From positions 1-57,799 of the forward strand of contig JBGAIQ010000034.1 of the NCBI GenBank assembly GCA_044225365.1: 57,799 nt of DNA. Reading direction: 5' to 3'. The notes below the pieces were generated by a model. The model saw only the letters and a list, made by a program, of their open reading frames with translations. It was not told where the DNA came from and searched no databases. How positions within the stretch are numbered: position 1 is the stretch's first letter; each line of letters starts with the position of its first letter. Both the position numbers and the translations under genes were made by a program. Source of the DNA: Planctomycetota bacterium (GTDB lineage: Bacteria > Planctomycetota > B15-G4 > JADJEK01). Shown here piece by piece: positions 1-9,400 of this stretch.

Positions 1-2303
1 TACTGCGGAGTGTTCTCGCCGAACGTCACGCGCAGGATCGCGACCGCCATACGCAATTGCTGCTCGGCCTCGTCGAATTGGCCCTGCTCCCGCAACGCGA
101 GCGCGAGATTCGCGCGACTCACCGCCACTTCGTAGTGATTCTCGCCGAGCGACGCGATGCGCCGCGCGAGCGCATCGCGATGCATCGCCGCCGCTCGCGC
201 CATCTCGCCCTTCATCCAGGCGATGTTCGCGATGATGTCGATCGTCATCGCCACGTAGGGATGATCAGGCCGCAGCACGTGTTCGTACATGACCTGAGCG
301 TCGTGTGCGGTGCTCTCGGCCTCGTCGAGGCGGCCGAGATCCTCGAGCGCCGTCGCGACGTTGTAGAGCGCGGTGGCGATCGTCTCGTGTTCGCCCGAAT
401 GGGTCTTACTCAGGATTCCGAGCGCCTCGTTCGCGAGTTCCAACGCCTTCTGGAAATCCGGGCGATGGCTGCGCGCACGGGACTGGTTCTGCAATGTGAC
501 GGCGATCTCGTCGGACAGCGCCGGCAGGGCAGTTCGTTTGATCTCGAGGGCCTGCGCGAACTCGCGCTCGGCGGCGTCGATCTGGCCGAGCCGCGTCTCG
601 ACGAGTCCGACGAGATCGAGCGCCCGCGCCGTATCGAGGCTCTCGCCACCCGTCACCTTGCGCGAGAGGTCGAGCGCGGTGTCGGCGTGGTACTTCGCCT
701 TCGAGAGTTCGCCGAGCGACAGGTAGGCCGTGCCCGCGACGCGATGCAATGCGAGCGCGACGGACGGCTGCGACGCGATCTTCTCCGACCGAGAGGCCGT
801 GAAGTCATCGAGCAACTGCTTGATCGAGTCCTGGCGCATCTTCGCGCCCGAGGGATCCGCGGCGCCGAACATCTCGACGAGGAGGTCGAAACACGCCTGA
901 GCGCGCTCGGCTTCGGCCTTCTTCTCGTCCATCGCTTTCATCGCGGCATCGCGTTCGGTCTTCGCGTCGCGCCAGGCCACGAGGGCGAGCGTCATGCCCG
1001 AGAGGAGTGCGATGAAGATGAGGAGCGTCGCGGCGAGGAACGCGCGATGCCGCCGTGCGAAACGCTGCAGGCGATAGAGCGAGCTGGGAGGTCCCGCTTC
1101 GACGGGATCGTCGCGCAAATAGCGCTCGAGATCCATCGCGAGGCCTTCGACCGAGGCGTAGCGTCGGCTGCGATCCTTCTCGAGGCAGCGCATCACGATC
1201 CAGTCGAGATCGCCCTTCAATTGCCGAGCGAGCAGTCGCTGATGGGCTTCCTGCTGCGCTCCTTGAACCGCCCGCGCCTTCATCTCCTTCGAGATCGAGT
1301 TCTGCTGACTCACCCGGCGACTCGGCGTCGGCGGCTCGATCTCGCGGATGATGCGCTGCACCTCGGCCTGCGAGCACGATGCGAGCTGCTGCTTGTCGAA
1401 GGGCGTGGAGCCAGTGAACAGCTCGTAGAGCATGACGCCGAGCGAATACACGTCGGTTCGTGTGTCGAGGTCGAGTCCGGACATCTCGGCCTGCTCTGGG
1501 CTCATGTAAGCCGGCGTGCCGATGAACTGGCGGAACTGCGTGAACAGCGTCTTGTCGGTGAGCTTGCCATGCAGCGCTTTCGCGATGCCGAAGTCGATGA
1601 CCTTGGGAACGGGCTTGCCGTCATGCAGCGTGACGAGGACGTTGCTCGGCTTCAGATCGCGATGGATGATCCCCTTCTGGTGCGCGTGCTGGACCGCGTA
1701 GCACACCGGGATCATCAGCTCGAGGCGTTCGCGCGTCGAGAGCTTCTCCTTCTCGCAGTACTCCGTGATCGGAATGCCGCGCACGAGATCCATCACGAAG
1801 TACGGACGGCCTTGCTCGTTCGCACCGGCGTCGAGCACGCGCGTGATGTTGGGATGATCCATCATCGCGAGCGCCTGCCGCTCGGCTTCGAAGCGCGCGA
1901 TCACTTGTCGCGTGTCCATGCCGGGCTTCAGGATCTTGAGCGCCACCTTGCGACGCACGGGCTCCATCTGTTCGGCCATGTAGACCGTTCCGAAGCCGCC
2001 TTCCCCGATCTTCTCGAGGAGCTTGTAGCGACCGATCCGCAGCGAATCGCCCGCGGTGAGAACGGCATCAGGAGCGATTCCATCGTCGATCTCGATGCCG
2101 TCGTGGACCTGCCGCATCTTGTCCGAGAGGTCTTCGATCGGGAGTTCGCCGGCATCCCCGCGCAGGAGTTCGCGCACGCCCTTCTCGAGTTCGAGATCGC
2201 CCTTGCAGCGCTTCTTCAGTTCGCGCTCGCGACGTTCGCCATCGAGGTCCTTCACCGCGAGGAAGATCTGTCCGATCGCTTCGAAGCGTGCGGGCGAGGT
2301 CAT
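1..2303 (-). CDS. Hanks-type Ser/Thr protein kinase with probable C-terminal TPR repeats (runs off the left edge of the window)
   Basis: Minus-strand translation from ATG 2303 gives IGEGGFGTVYMAEQ, VALKILK, IIHRDLKPSNVLV, KVIDFGIAK and GTPAYMSPEQ. ATGA overlap with the upstream sigma stop. Absent from the ORF track because its stop lies outside the window. Confidence 0.93.
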   Translation of the reverse strand, partial: MTSPARFEAIGQIFLAVKDLDGERRERELKKRCKGDLELEKGVRELLRGDAGELPIEDLSDKMRQVHDGIEIDDGIAPDAVLTAGDSLRIGRYKLLEKIGEGGFGTVYMAEQMEPVRRKVALKILKPGMDTRQVIARFEAERQALAMMDHPNITRVLDAGANEQGRPYFVMDLVRGIPITEYCEKEKLSTRERLELMIPVCYAVQHAHQKGIIHRDLKPSNVLVTLHDGKPVPKVIDFGIAKALHGKLTDKTLFTQFRQFIGTPAYMSPEQAEMSGLDLDTRTDVYSLGVMLYELFTGSTPFDKQQLASCSQAEVQRIIREIEPPTPSRRVSQQNSISKEMKARAVQGAQQEAHQRLLARQLKGDLDWIVMRCLEKDRSRRYASVEGLAMDLERYLRDDPVEAGPPSSLYRLQRFARRHRAFLAATLLIFIALLSGMTLALVAWRDAKTERDAAMKAMDEKKAEAERAQACFDLLVEMFGAADPSGAKMRQDSIKQLLDDFTASRSEKIASQPSVALALHRVAGTAYLSLGELSKAKYHADTALDLSRKVTGGESLDTARALDLVGLVETRLGQIDAAEREFAQALEIKRTALPALSDEIAVTLQNQSRARSHRPDFQKALELANEALGILSKTHSGEHETIATALYNVATALEDLGRLDEAESTAHDAQVMYEHVLRPDHPYVAMTIDIIANIAWMKGEMARAAAMHRDALARRIASLGENHYEVAVSRANLALALREQGQFDEAEQQLRMAVAILRVTFGENTPQ

Positions 2304-2893
2304 GGCGTTTCCTTTGCCGAACCCGTCCATTGCGAAGTCAGCCAGGCGCGCGCGATCGCCCAATCGGCGGCAACGGTCGAACGCGCGATCTTCAGCCCGT
2401 CCGCGATCTCGTCGAGCGACATCCCGGCGAACAGCTTCCATTCCACGACGCGCGCCTTGCGCGGGTCCATCGATTCGAGCTTGCCGAGCAGATCCTCGAG
2501 CTCGAGGACCTCCATTCCGGCGTCTCGTCCCAGCGCGAATTCGGGCTCGCCGCTCAGCGTCACGCCCGGCTCACGCCTGCCGCGCTTCGCCGCGCTGCGG
2601 CGTCGCGAGTGATCGACGAGGATGTGGCGCATCGCGCTCGCGGCGAGCGCCAGGAACTGCGGGCGATCGAGTTTCCCGCCCACTCCGCTCCCGAGGCGCA
2701 GGTACGCCTCGTGGACGAGCGCGGTCGGCTGGAGCGTATGTTCGACGCGCTCCTTGCGAAGGAACCGCTCGGCGATCCCATGCAGCGCGGAGTAGATCTC
2801 GCCCGTGATGCGCTCGCGCGTCAGCGAGTCGAGATTCGAGGTCTTGTCCTCGACGAACGGCGTGTGTGAATCGCTTGGCTTCGCGTCGGTCAT
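2300..2893 (-). CDS. ECF sigma factor, kinase-associated TIGR02999-like type
   Basis: HTLQPTALVHEAYLRL, AMRHILVDHSRRRSAAKRG and region-4 HTH EIADGLKIARSTVAADW. Start set at ATG 2893 (ATGA overlap with upstream gene). Confidence 0.9.
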   Translation of the reverse strand: MTDAKPSDSHTPFVEDKTSNLDSLTRERITGEIYSALHGIAERFLRKERVEHTLQPTALVHEAYLRLGSGVGGKLDRPQFLALAASAMRHILVDHSRRRSAAKRGRREPGVTLSGEPEFALGRDAGMEVLELEDLLGKLESMDPRKARVVEWKLFAGMSLDEIADGLKIARSTVAADWAIARAWLTSQWTGSAKETP

Positions 2894-3594
2894 GCGGTCG
2901 CGCGGAGGACCGCGGGACGGCGCGCTGTGGACCACGGGGTCCTCGAGGCTCCTCGTTCGCGCGTCGCCAGGATGTCCTCCAGGCGCGAACCGAGTTTGCT
3001 CTCGAGCACACCCTTCAACGCACGCCGTGCCCGGTGAAGGCGAATCTTGACGGCGTTGCGCGTGATCCCCAGCGTCGCAGCGGTTTCCTCCGGCGAGCGC
3101 TGTTGAATGTCGCGGAGTTCGAGGACGATACGGTGCTTCTGCGGAAGTTTCTCGATGGCCCGATGCAGGAGCGTCTTCAGCTCGCTGTCGAGCGTGAGGC
3201 CGTCCGCCGTATCCGACGAGCCGGCCATGAGTTCGAACGCGGAGGACGGATCGCCGCTGGCGCTCTTCAGGTCCTCGGCGAAGACTTCGCGGCGCGAGCG
3301 CCGCGAGCGCATTCGGAGCAGAGCGGTGTTCACCGTGATCCGGTGGATCCAGGTCGAGAGTCGCGCCCCGCCCTCGAACTGCCCGATCTTGCGATACACG
3401 GTGGCAAAGGTATCGGCGACGACCTCCTCCGCCTCGTTCGCATCGTTCAGGAGCCGCTTCGCGACGGCGAGCACGCGCCCGCCCATCTCGCGCACGAGCT
3501 GCTCGTACGCGCCGGCCTCACCGCGCTTCAGGGCGTCGAGGAAGGACTCGTCGGGCGAAATGGCGAGGATGCTGGGGAGGTCGTTCGCGATCAT
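2890..3594 (-). CDS. ECF sigma-70 family sigma factor
   Basis: Region 2 AEEVVADTF..FEGGARLSTWIHRITVNTALLRMR; region 4 ETAATLGITRNAVKIRLHRAR. Start at MIANDL is estimated. Confidence 0.88.
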   Translation of the reverse strand: MIANDLPSILAISPDESFLDALKRGEAGAYEQLVREMGGRVLAVAKRLLNDANEAEEVVADTFATVYRKIGQFEGGARLSTWIHRITVNTALLRMRSRRSRREVFAEDLKSASGDPSSAFELMAGSSDTADGLTLDSELKTLLHRAIEKLPQKHRIVLELRDIQQRSPEETAATLGITRNAVKIRLHRARRALKGVLESKLGSRLEDILATRERGASRTPWSTARRPAVLRATA

Positions 3595-3737
3595 GTTCGG
3601 ACTCCATTCGTCCGCAGGCACGTCGCCCCGGACGAAGGGAGAAGCGCGGACTGCGGGGAAGGAGTCCGATCGATTCCGAGGAAATTGCGAACGCCGCGAG
3701 GATGGCCCGATCGGGCATCGAAACGTAGATTGAGAGC

Positions 3738-4358
3738 ATGGCCGAGGGCGTTCCTCCCAAGCATCCCGTTCTCTCGATGTGGTACGCGCCGCGCTACACG
3801 GTGCGCGCGATCCTCGATACCGATCCGTCGCGCGGCGTCTTGCTGCTCGCGACGCTCTCCGGGATGGCCCTCGTCTTCGTGCTCGCGACCGCTTTTGGCA
3901 TCGTCGCGCGCGACGGAGCGCGCTCGGTCTTGCCCTCGGTCCTGATCGATGGACCCATCGTCGGACTCGTCTCCCTCTTCTTCGTCGCGCGCGCTCTCGC
4001 CTGGTCGGGCCAGTCGTTCCTGTCGGGGAAGGGCACCGATCGCGACCTGCGCGCGGCGCTCGCCTGGTCCGGCTCGTTCGTCCTGTGGGTCGGTCTCGTC
4101 GCCGTCGCGCAGACGTTCGTCGTCGACCGCTTCTTCGCGAGCGACGTGGAGCAGCACCAGAAGCTCTACCTCGCACTCGCGGGCGTCGCGGGGCTCGTGA
4201 CGGTCCTCGGACTCTTCATGTTCTTCAAGGCCGTCGGCGAGGCGCATGGCTTCTCGGCCTGGCGCGCGATCGCCGCCACGGTGATCGCGTTGCTGGCGTT
4301 CGCGATGGTGCTCGCGCTGCCGATCGGCAGCCTCGCGCTGATCCTGCAGTTGTTGTGA
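3738..4358 (+). CDS. YIP1-family membrane protein
   Basis: SMWYAPRYTVRAILD start, about five hydrophobic segments, and a GEAHGFSAWRA motif. Confidence 0.75.
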   Translation: MAEGVPPKHPVLSMWYAPRYTVRAILDTDPSRGVLLLATLSGMALVFVLATAFGIVARDGARSVLPSVLIDGPIVGLVSLFFVARALAWSGQSFLSGKGTDRDLRAALAWSGSFVLWVGLVAVAQTFVVDRFFASDVEQHQKLYLALAGVAGLVTVLGLFMFFKAVGEAHGFSAWRAIAATVIALLAFAMVLALPIGSLALILQLL

Positions 4359-4369
4359 GGGGTGGGGCG

Positions 4370-4810
4370 ATGATCGAAGAAGTCGCATCGCCCGGAATCG
4401 CCCACGTCATCCAGCAGGCGGTCGCGCCCGTCTTCCTGCTGTCCGGCATCGGCGCGATGCTCGCCGTGACGACGAATCGCCTCGCCCGGGTGATGGATCG
4501 AGCGCGCGCCTACGAGGAGCGCCACGCCAAGGCGACGGGCGACGACGCCGACGCGCTTCACGGGGAGATGAAGACGCTGAAGCGTCGCGCCCACTTGATC
4601 AACCGCTGCATCACCCTGTGCACGATCACGGCGCTGCTCGTTTGCACGGTCGTCGCCGCGCTGTTCCTCAGCGAGCTGTTCCGCTTCGACGCGAAAGTGA
4701 TCGTGTCGCTCCTCTTCATCGCGGCGATGGTCTGTTTCTTCGCGGGACTGCTGTCGTTCCTGCGAGAGATCTTCATCGCGACCGCGAATCTGCGGATCGG
4801 GCCGGAGTAG
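4370..4810 (+). CDS. DUF2721-family membrane protein
   Basis: IQQAVAPVFLLSGIGAMLAVTTNRLARVMDRAR and SFLREIFIAT match the family pattern as I recall it. Confidence 0.8.
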   Translation: MIEEVASPGIAHVIQQAVAPVFLLSGIGAMLAVTTNRLARVMDRARAYEERHAKATGDDADALHGEMKTLKRRAHLINRCITLCTITALLVCTVVAALFLSELFRFDAKVIVSLLFIAAMVCFFAGLLSFLREIFIATANLRIGPE

Positions 4811-4867
4811 GGGAGGAGGAGTATCCTGTAGGGCGCAAGACGCAGGACATACGGGACCAAAGCAGCA

Positions 4868-6409
4868 ATGAACGGCGACGATTTGGAACATCCGGGATCA
4901 AGCAACGCCCCCAAGATCGACTCGAACGCGACCTCGGGATACGTCGATCGGCCACCGAAGGGCCCTCGGATTGATTGGGACGAAGCGAAGCGCCTCTATG
5001 AGTCGGAGGGCTGGACGATTGCGCGAATCGCGGATCACTACCATTACCACCCGACCTATGTAGGAAAACGACTCCTCGCGAGCGGCTTGGTGGTCCGAAA
5101 TCGATCGTTGCCAGACGAGCCGGTGGCGAAAAGAGTCCGACGCGTCTGGAATTCTATTCAGTGCCGAATCACTCGTTCTGCGAAGAGTCGCAATACATCC
5201 GATCATCGCTCGGCTCCGCGATTAACGACCGAGTGGCCAAACCTGCGCGCGTTCTTCGATTGGGCGCGACAAGTTGAAATCGGACCGCATCAGACGCTCG
5301 CGCTCGTTGATGGCGCCACGTGCTATGGCCCCGCCACCGTGCGGGTCGTCGAGAAGGCAGACGTGATGAAAGCGGTCGCCAACCGAAATCGACCTCCGCC
5401 CAAAAACGTGGTAACAGCATTTGGAGAGACCAAGGGCGTCGCGGAATGGGCTCGCGATCCGCGTTGTCGCGTTTGCGCGCAACAGCTCAGCTGGCGCATC
5501 CATCAGGGCATCGAGCCGGAGTCCGCAATCACGACCCCGAAGAACGAGACCTTGCGGCGCGGGCGAAATCAAGGCGCGAGAGTCATTCGCCCCAAGAGCA
5601 ACGTCGATTGGGAACGCGCTAGGGAACTCTATTCACTCGATGGGGCTTCGATGCGCAGTGTCGCAGAAGCACTTGGTGTACGACTGCCGACGATCGTCGC
5701 CGGATTTCGACGGCTTGGCATCGCCGGGAAGCGGAAGCCAGGACTGACGCGATCCGAAGCGGGACACCGACTCAACAAAACCTGGCGAAATCTCCTTACT
5801 CGATTGAAGCCGCAGACGACGAACTCTGTTGGTCGACACGGCGCTTGTGACCTCGTCTGTGACGAATGGAAAACGTTCGGAGCATTCCACGACTGGGCCA
5901 TCGCGAATGGCTGGAAACCGGGTCTGTTGCTGGTCCGGATCGAGAAGGATCAACCGTTTTCACCGGCAAATTCTCGCTTCGTCGCACGGAATGATCCCGA
6001 GTGTGCGCGCGGGCCAATGAGGAGCGCAAATCCCTCGATAGTCGTCATCACGGCTTTCGGGGAGACCAAGGGCGCAGCGGAATGGGCCCGCGATCCACGA
6101 TGCATGGTGGAACTCAAATCGCTGGTCAGGCGAATCCGTGGCGGCGAGCATCCTGAGGATGCGATTACGAGACCTCCTGCGAGTGCCGCGGACGGCCGAA
6201 CGCCGACAAGGATCGTCGAAGCCTTCGGCGAAAGCAAATCACTCGCTGACTGGGCGCGCGATCCGCGTTGTCGCGTCGTTCTCTCCTCGTTGTGGAATCG
6301 CCTCGGGCGAGGAATGAGCCCGGAAGAAGCGATCACAAAGCCGTCGCGCTTTCAGACGCGGCGCGACGAAGCAGAAGACGAGGTTTCTTCGAACTCGCCC
6401 GGGTTGTAG
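4868..6409 (+). CDS. Repeat protein: two HTH + degenerate phage-HNH-like units and three 'AFGE(T/S)K..A(E/D)WARDPRC' modules
   Basis: Internal duplication is visible: IDWDEAKRLY / VDWERARELY; EWPNLRAFFDWA / EWKTFGAFHDWA; three AFGE(T/S)K..WARDPRC..AIT.P repeats. Confidence 0.65.
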   Translation: MNGDDLEHPGSSNAPKIDSNATSGYVDRPPKGPRIDWDEAKRLYESEGWTIARIADHYHYHPTYVGKRLLASGLVVRNRSLPDEPVAKRVRRVWNSIQCRITRSAKSRNTSDHRSAPRLTTEWPNLRAFFDWARQVEIGPHQTLALVDGATCYGPATVRVVEKADVMKAVANRNRPPPKNVVTAFGETKGVAEWARDPRCRVCAQQLSWRIHQGIEPESAITTPKNETLRRGRNQGARVIRPKSNVDWERARELYSLDGASMRSVAEALGVRLPTIVAGFRRLGIAGKRKPGLTRSEAGHRLNKTWRNLLTRLKPQTTNSVGRHGACDLVCDEWKTFGAFHDWAIANGWKPGLLLVRIEKDQPFSPANSRFVARNDPECARGPMRSANPSIVVITAFGETKGAAEWARDPRCMVELKSLVRRIRGGEHPEDAITRPPASAADGRTPTRIVEAFGESKSLADWARDPRCRVVLSSLWNRLGRGMSPEEAITKPSRFQTRRDEAEDEVSSNSPGL

Positions 6410-6446
6410 ATTCAGCGACCTCGCGCAGATCTCGCAAAGAACCGAG

Positions 6447-9400
6447 TTGGGACAACGCGCCGTGGCATTTGGACCCGAATCCTGGAAAGAGATCACGCCC
6501 TCGCGGTTTCCCTGGGAGCGCGAGGCGCTCGCGTTCCTCCGTGAACACCTCCCGAGCCACGAGCCCTACCGCGCCTTCACCAACTTCGAGTTCCTCGCCC
6601 GCGACGGCTCGATCAACGAGGTCGACGCACTGATCGTCACGCCGCGAGGCTGCTTCCTCGTCGAGATCAAGAGCTGGCACGGTGAGATCCGTGGCGACTT
6701 CGCCGAATGGATCCGGATCCACGACGGTCAGCGGCGCACCGAAGAGAACCCGCTGCGCCTCGCGAACAAGAAGGCGAAGCGCCTGAAGGAACTGTTCGAG
6801 CACAATTGGCCGCGCGGGGACAAGTCGACGTCCCGTATCCCCTTCATCGCGCCGTTGGTGTTCCTCTCGGCCGAAGGAATCAACAACCGCCTCGAGATGG
6901 CGAGCGCCGGCGACGTCGTGACGCGCAAGGACGTGATCGAACACCTCGTTCACATCCCGGAAGCACAAGCGAATGACCCGCGTTTCCATCGCATCGACAA
7001 ACCGCTCGCCCGACACATCACGCAGGCTCTCGAGAAGATCGGCGTTCGAACTCGCAAACAACGGATCGGCGACTACGAGCTCGGCGCGCTTCTTCACGAC
7101 GGCGACGTATGGCAGGAATGGGAGGCGAAGCCCGCGTCGATCGATGGCGTGCGCAAGCGCCTACGGATCTACAAAGTCGCCGACGTGGCGTCGCCCGAGA
7201 TGCGAGCGACGATTCGGCGCGGCGCAGAGCGCGAGTACGTGGCCCTGCAGACCGCAAACCATCCGGGGCTGCTCCGGGCCGAGCATTTCACGCAATCCGA
7301 GATCGGGCCGGCTGTCGTCTTCGAGCACGATCCGAGCGACGAGCGACTCGACCGTTACGTGTGCTCGCGCGGCGAGAAGATCACATTCTCGCAGCGCCTC
7401 GACTTCCTGCGACAGATCGCCGAGGCCGTAGCCTACGCGCATGGGCAGAAGCTGGTGCATCGCGCTCTCGCCCCATCGAGCGTGCTCATTCGGAAACCCG
7501 ATTCCCCGAAGCGTCACGCGATCGTCTTCAACTGGCAGACGAGCGCGCGGGCGGCGGATAGCGGCACGCACAGCACCACGCGGGGGAGGCTCACCGCAAC
7601 GTCTCATGTGTCGGCATTGCTCGAGGACGGGGCCGCCGCGTATCTCGCCCCGGAGATCCTGACGACGCCGGATACCGACGACCCGCGACTCGATGTGTTC
7701 TCGCTCGGCGCGATCGGCTTCTTCCTCTTCACCGGAACGCCGCCAGCGAGCTCGCTGCTCGAGCTGACCGAGAAAGTGAAGGAAGGCGAGGGGCTCCGCC
7801 TCGAATCCGTGCTCGACGGCGCACCCAAGCCGATCGCCGAGCTCTTGCGCGAAGCGACACACCCGGAAGTGGGCCGACGCATCGAAAGTGCGAAGGAGTT
7901 CCTCGCCTTTCTCGAGGACGCCGAAGAGAAGCTCACACGACCGGATGAACCGGGCGACGGTGGTCCTTCCGCGCTCGACCCGCCAAATGCGAAAGTTGGC
8001 GAGCGACTCGGGGACGAGTACACGGTCAAGTCTCGTCTCGGCTCGGGATCCTCGGCCGTCGCCTATCTCGTCACCCGCGGCGATGACGCGAGTGGCGGAT
8101 CCGAAGTGGTCCTCAAAGTCGCGCTCGATCCCTCCTACAACGAGCGGTTGCGCGGCGAAGGCGAGATCCTCGCGAAACTACGCCATCCGGGCGTCGTTCG
8201 TTATCACGAGACGATCGAGATCGCCGGCCACGCGGCACTGGTACTCGATCGCGCAGGCAAAGAAACTCTGGGCGACCGACTGCGTCGCGACGGGTCCCTT
8301 CAGACCGACCTGCTCGAACGCTTCGGCCGCGATCTTCTCGAAGTGTTGGAGTACCTCGAAGGCGAGGGGATCCTCCATCGCGACATCAAGCCGGAGAATC
8401 TGGGTATCACCGAGCGCGGCAAGAACGACGAGCTGCATCTCGTGTTGCTCGACTTCTCGCTCTCGCGCGCGCCCGCCGACGCGATCTTTGCCGGAACGCG
8501 TTACTACTTGGACCCGTTCCTCCAAACGAGGAAGGCGAAGCGCTTCGACGCGCACGCGGAGCGGTTCGCCGCGGCGATGACCCTGCATGAAATGGCGACA
8601 GGAGTGCTGCCGAAGTGGGGTGATGGCGTCAGCAATCCTTCGGCTCTCGACTGCGAAGCGACGATCGAGGGCGATCGATTTCCAGCAGGGCCGCGCAAAC
8701 GCCTCGCCGAGTTCTTCGTCCGCGCGCTTGCGCGTCGCACGGAAGACCGCTTCGGCAACACGGAGGAGATGCTCACGGCTTGGCGAAAGGCGTTCGCGGT
8801 CAAGGCGAAGAACGACGTCGAGACCAAGCTGGACGAGGCGGAGCAGCGGCAGGCATTGGCGACCGCGACGCTCACGACGACGATCGGTGAGCTCCTGCTC
8901 TCGACGCGCGCCGAGAATGCTCTCGATCGCGCCGGAGTGACGAACGTCCGCGGGTTCGTCGATCTGCCGGAGGGCGAGCTGTGGCGAATGCGCGGAGTTG
9001 GCACGAAGACACGGGATGAACTCACCGCGCTGAAGCGCGAGCTGGGCAAGCGTTTCGGTCCCACGGGTACCGCGCCCGTCGCGAACGCAAAGAAGAGTTC
9101 GAAAGCCTCCGGCGACCACAACGAATCGATCTCCGACAGCTCGGCGTCGGACGCGGACCTCACGATCGATGCGCTGGTCCGCTTGCTCGTGCCGAAGAGG
9201 GGAAACGCCAAGGCGACCTTGAGCTGGCTCCTCGGTTTGGAGCCTCTTCCCGCGCCGATCGTGCCGAAAGCTCCGCTCTGGCCCTCGCTCGTCGAAGTCG
9301 CTCGCGTCGCCGATCTCACACCTGCCGGAGTCGGGGCCACGCTCAACAAGCAGCGCCTCGCCTGGGAAAAGATGCCGGCGATGAAGGCACTCCAGGACGA

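Noticed and set aside
57-2612. 851-aa plus-strand ORF
   Set aside because: Antisense shadow of the minus-strand kinase and sigma genes, which carry the real motifs; long shadow ORFs are common in high-GC DNA.
4807-4850. GTAGGG motifs as a REP at the left island edge
   Set aside because: They lack the internal palindrome of the 37270 and 45619 copies.
5400-6345. Repeated DNA units as a CRISPR array or DGR template/variable repeat
   Set aside because: They are in-frame, diverged protein repeats; there are no spacers, cas genes or reverse transcriptase in the window.
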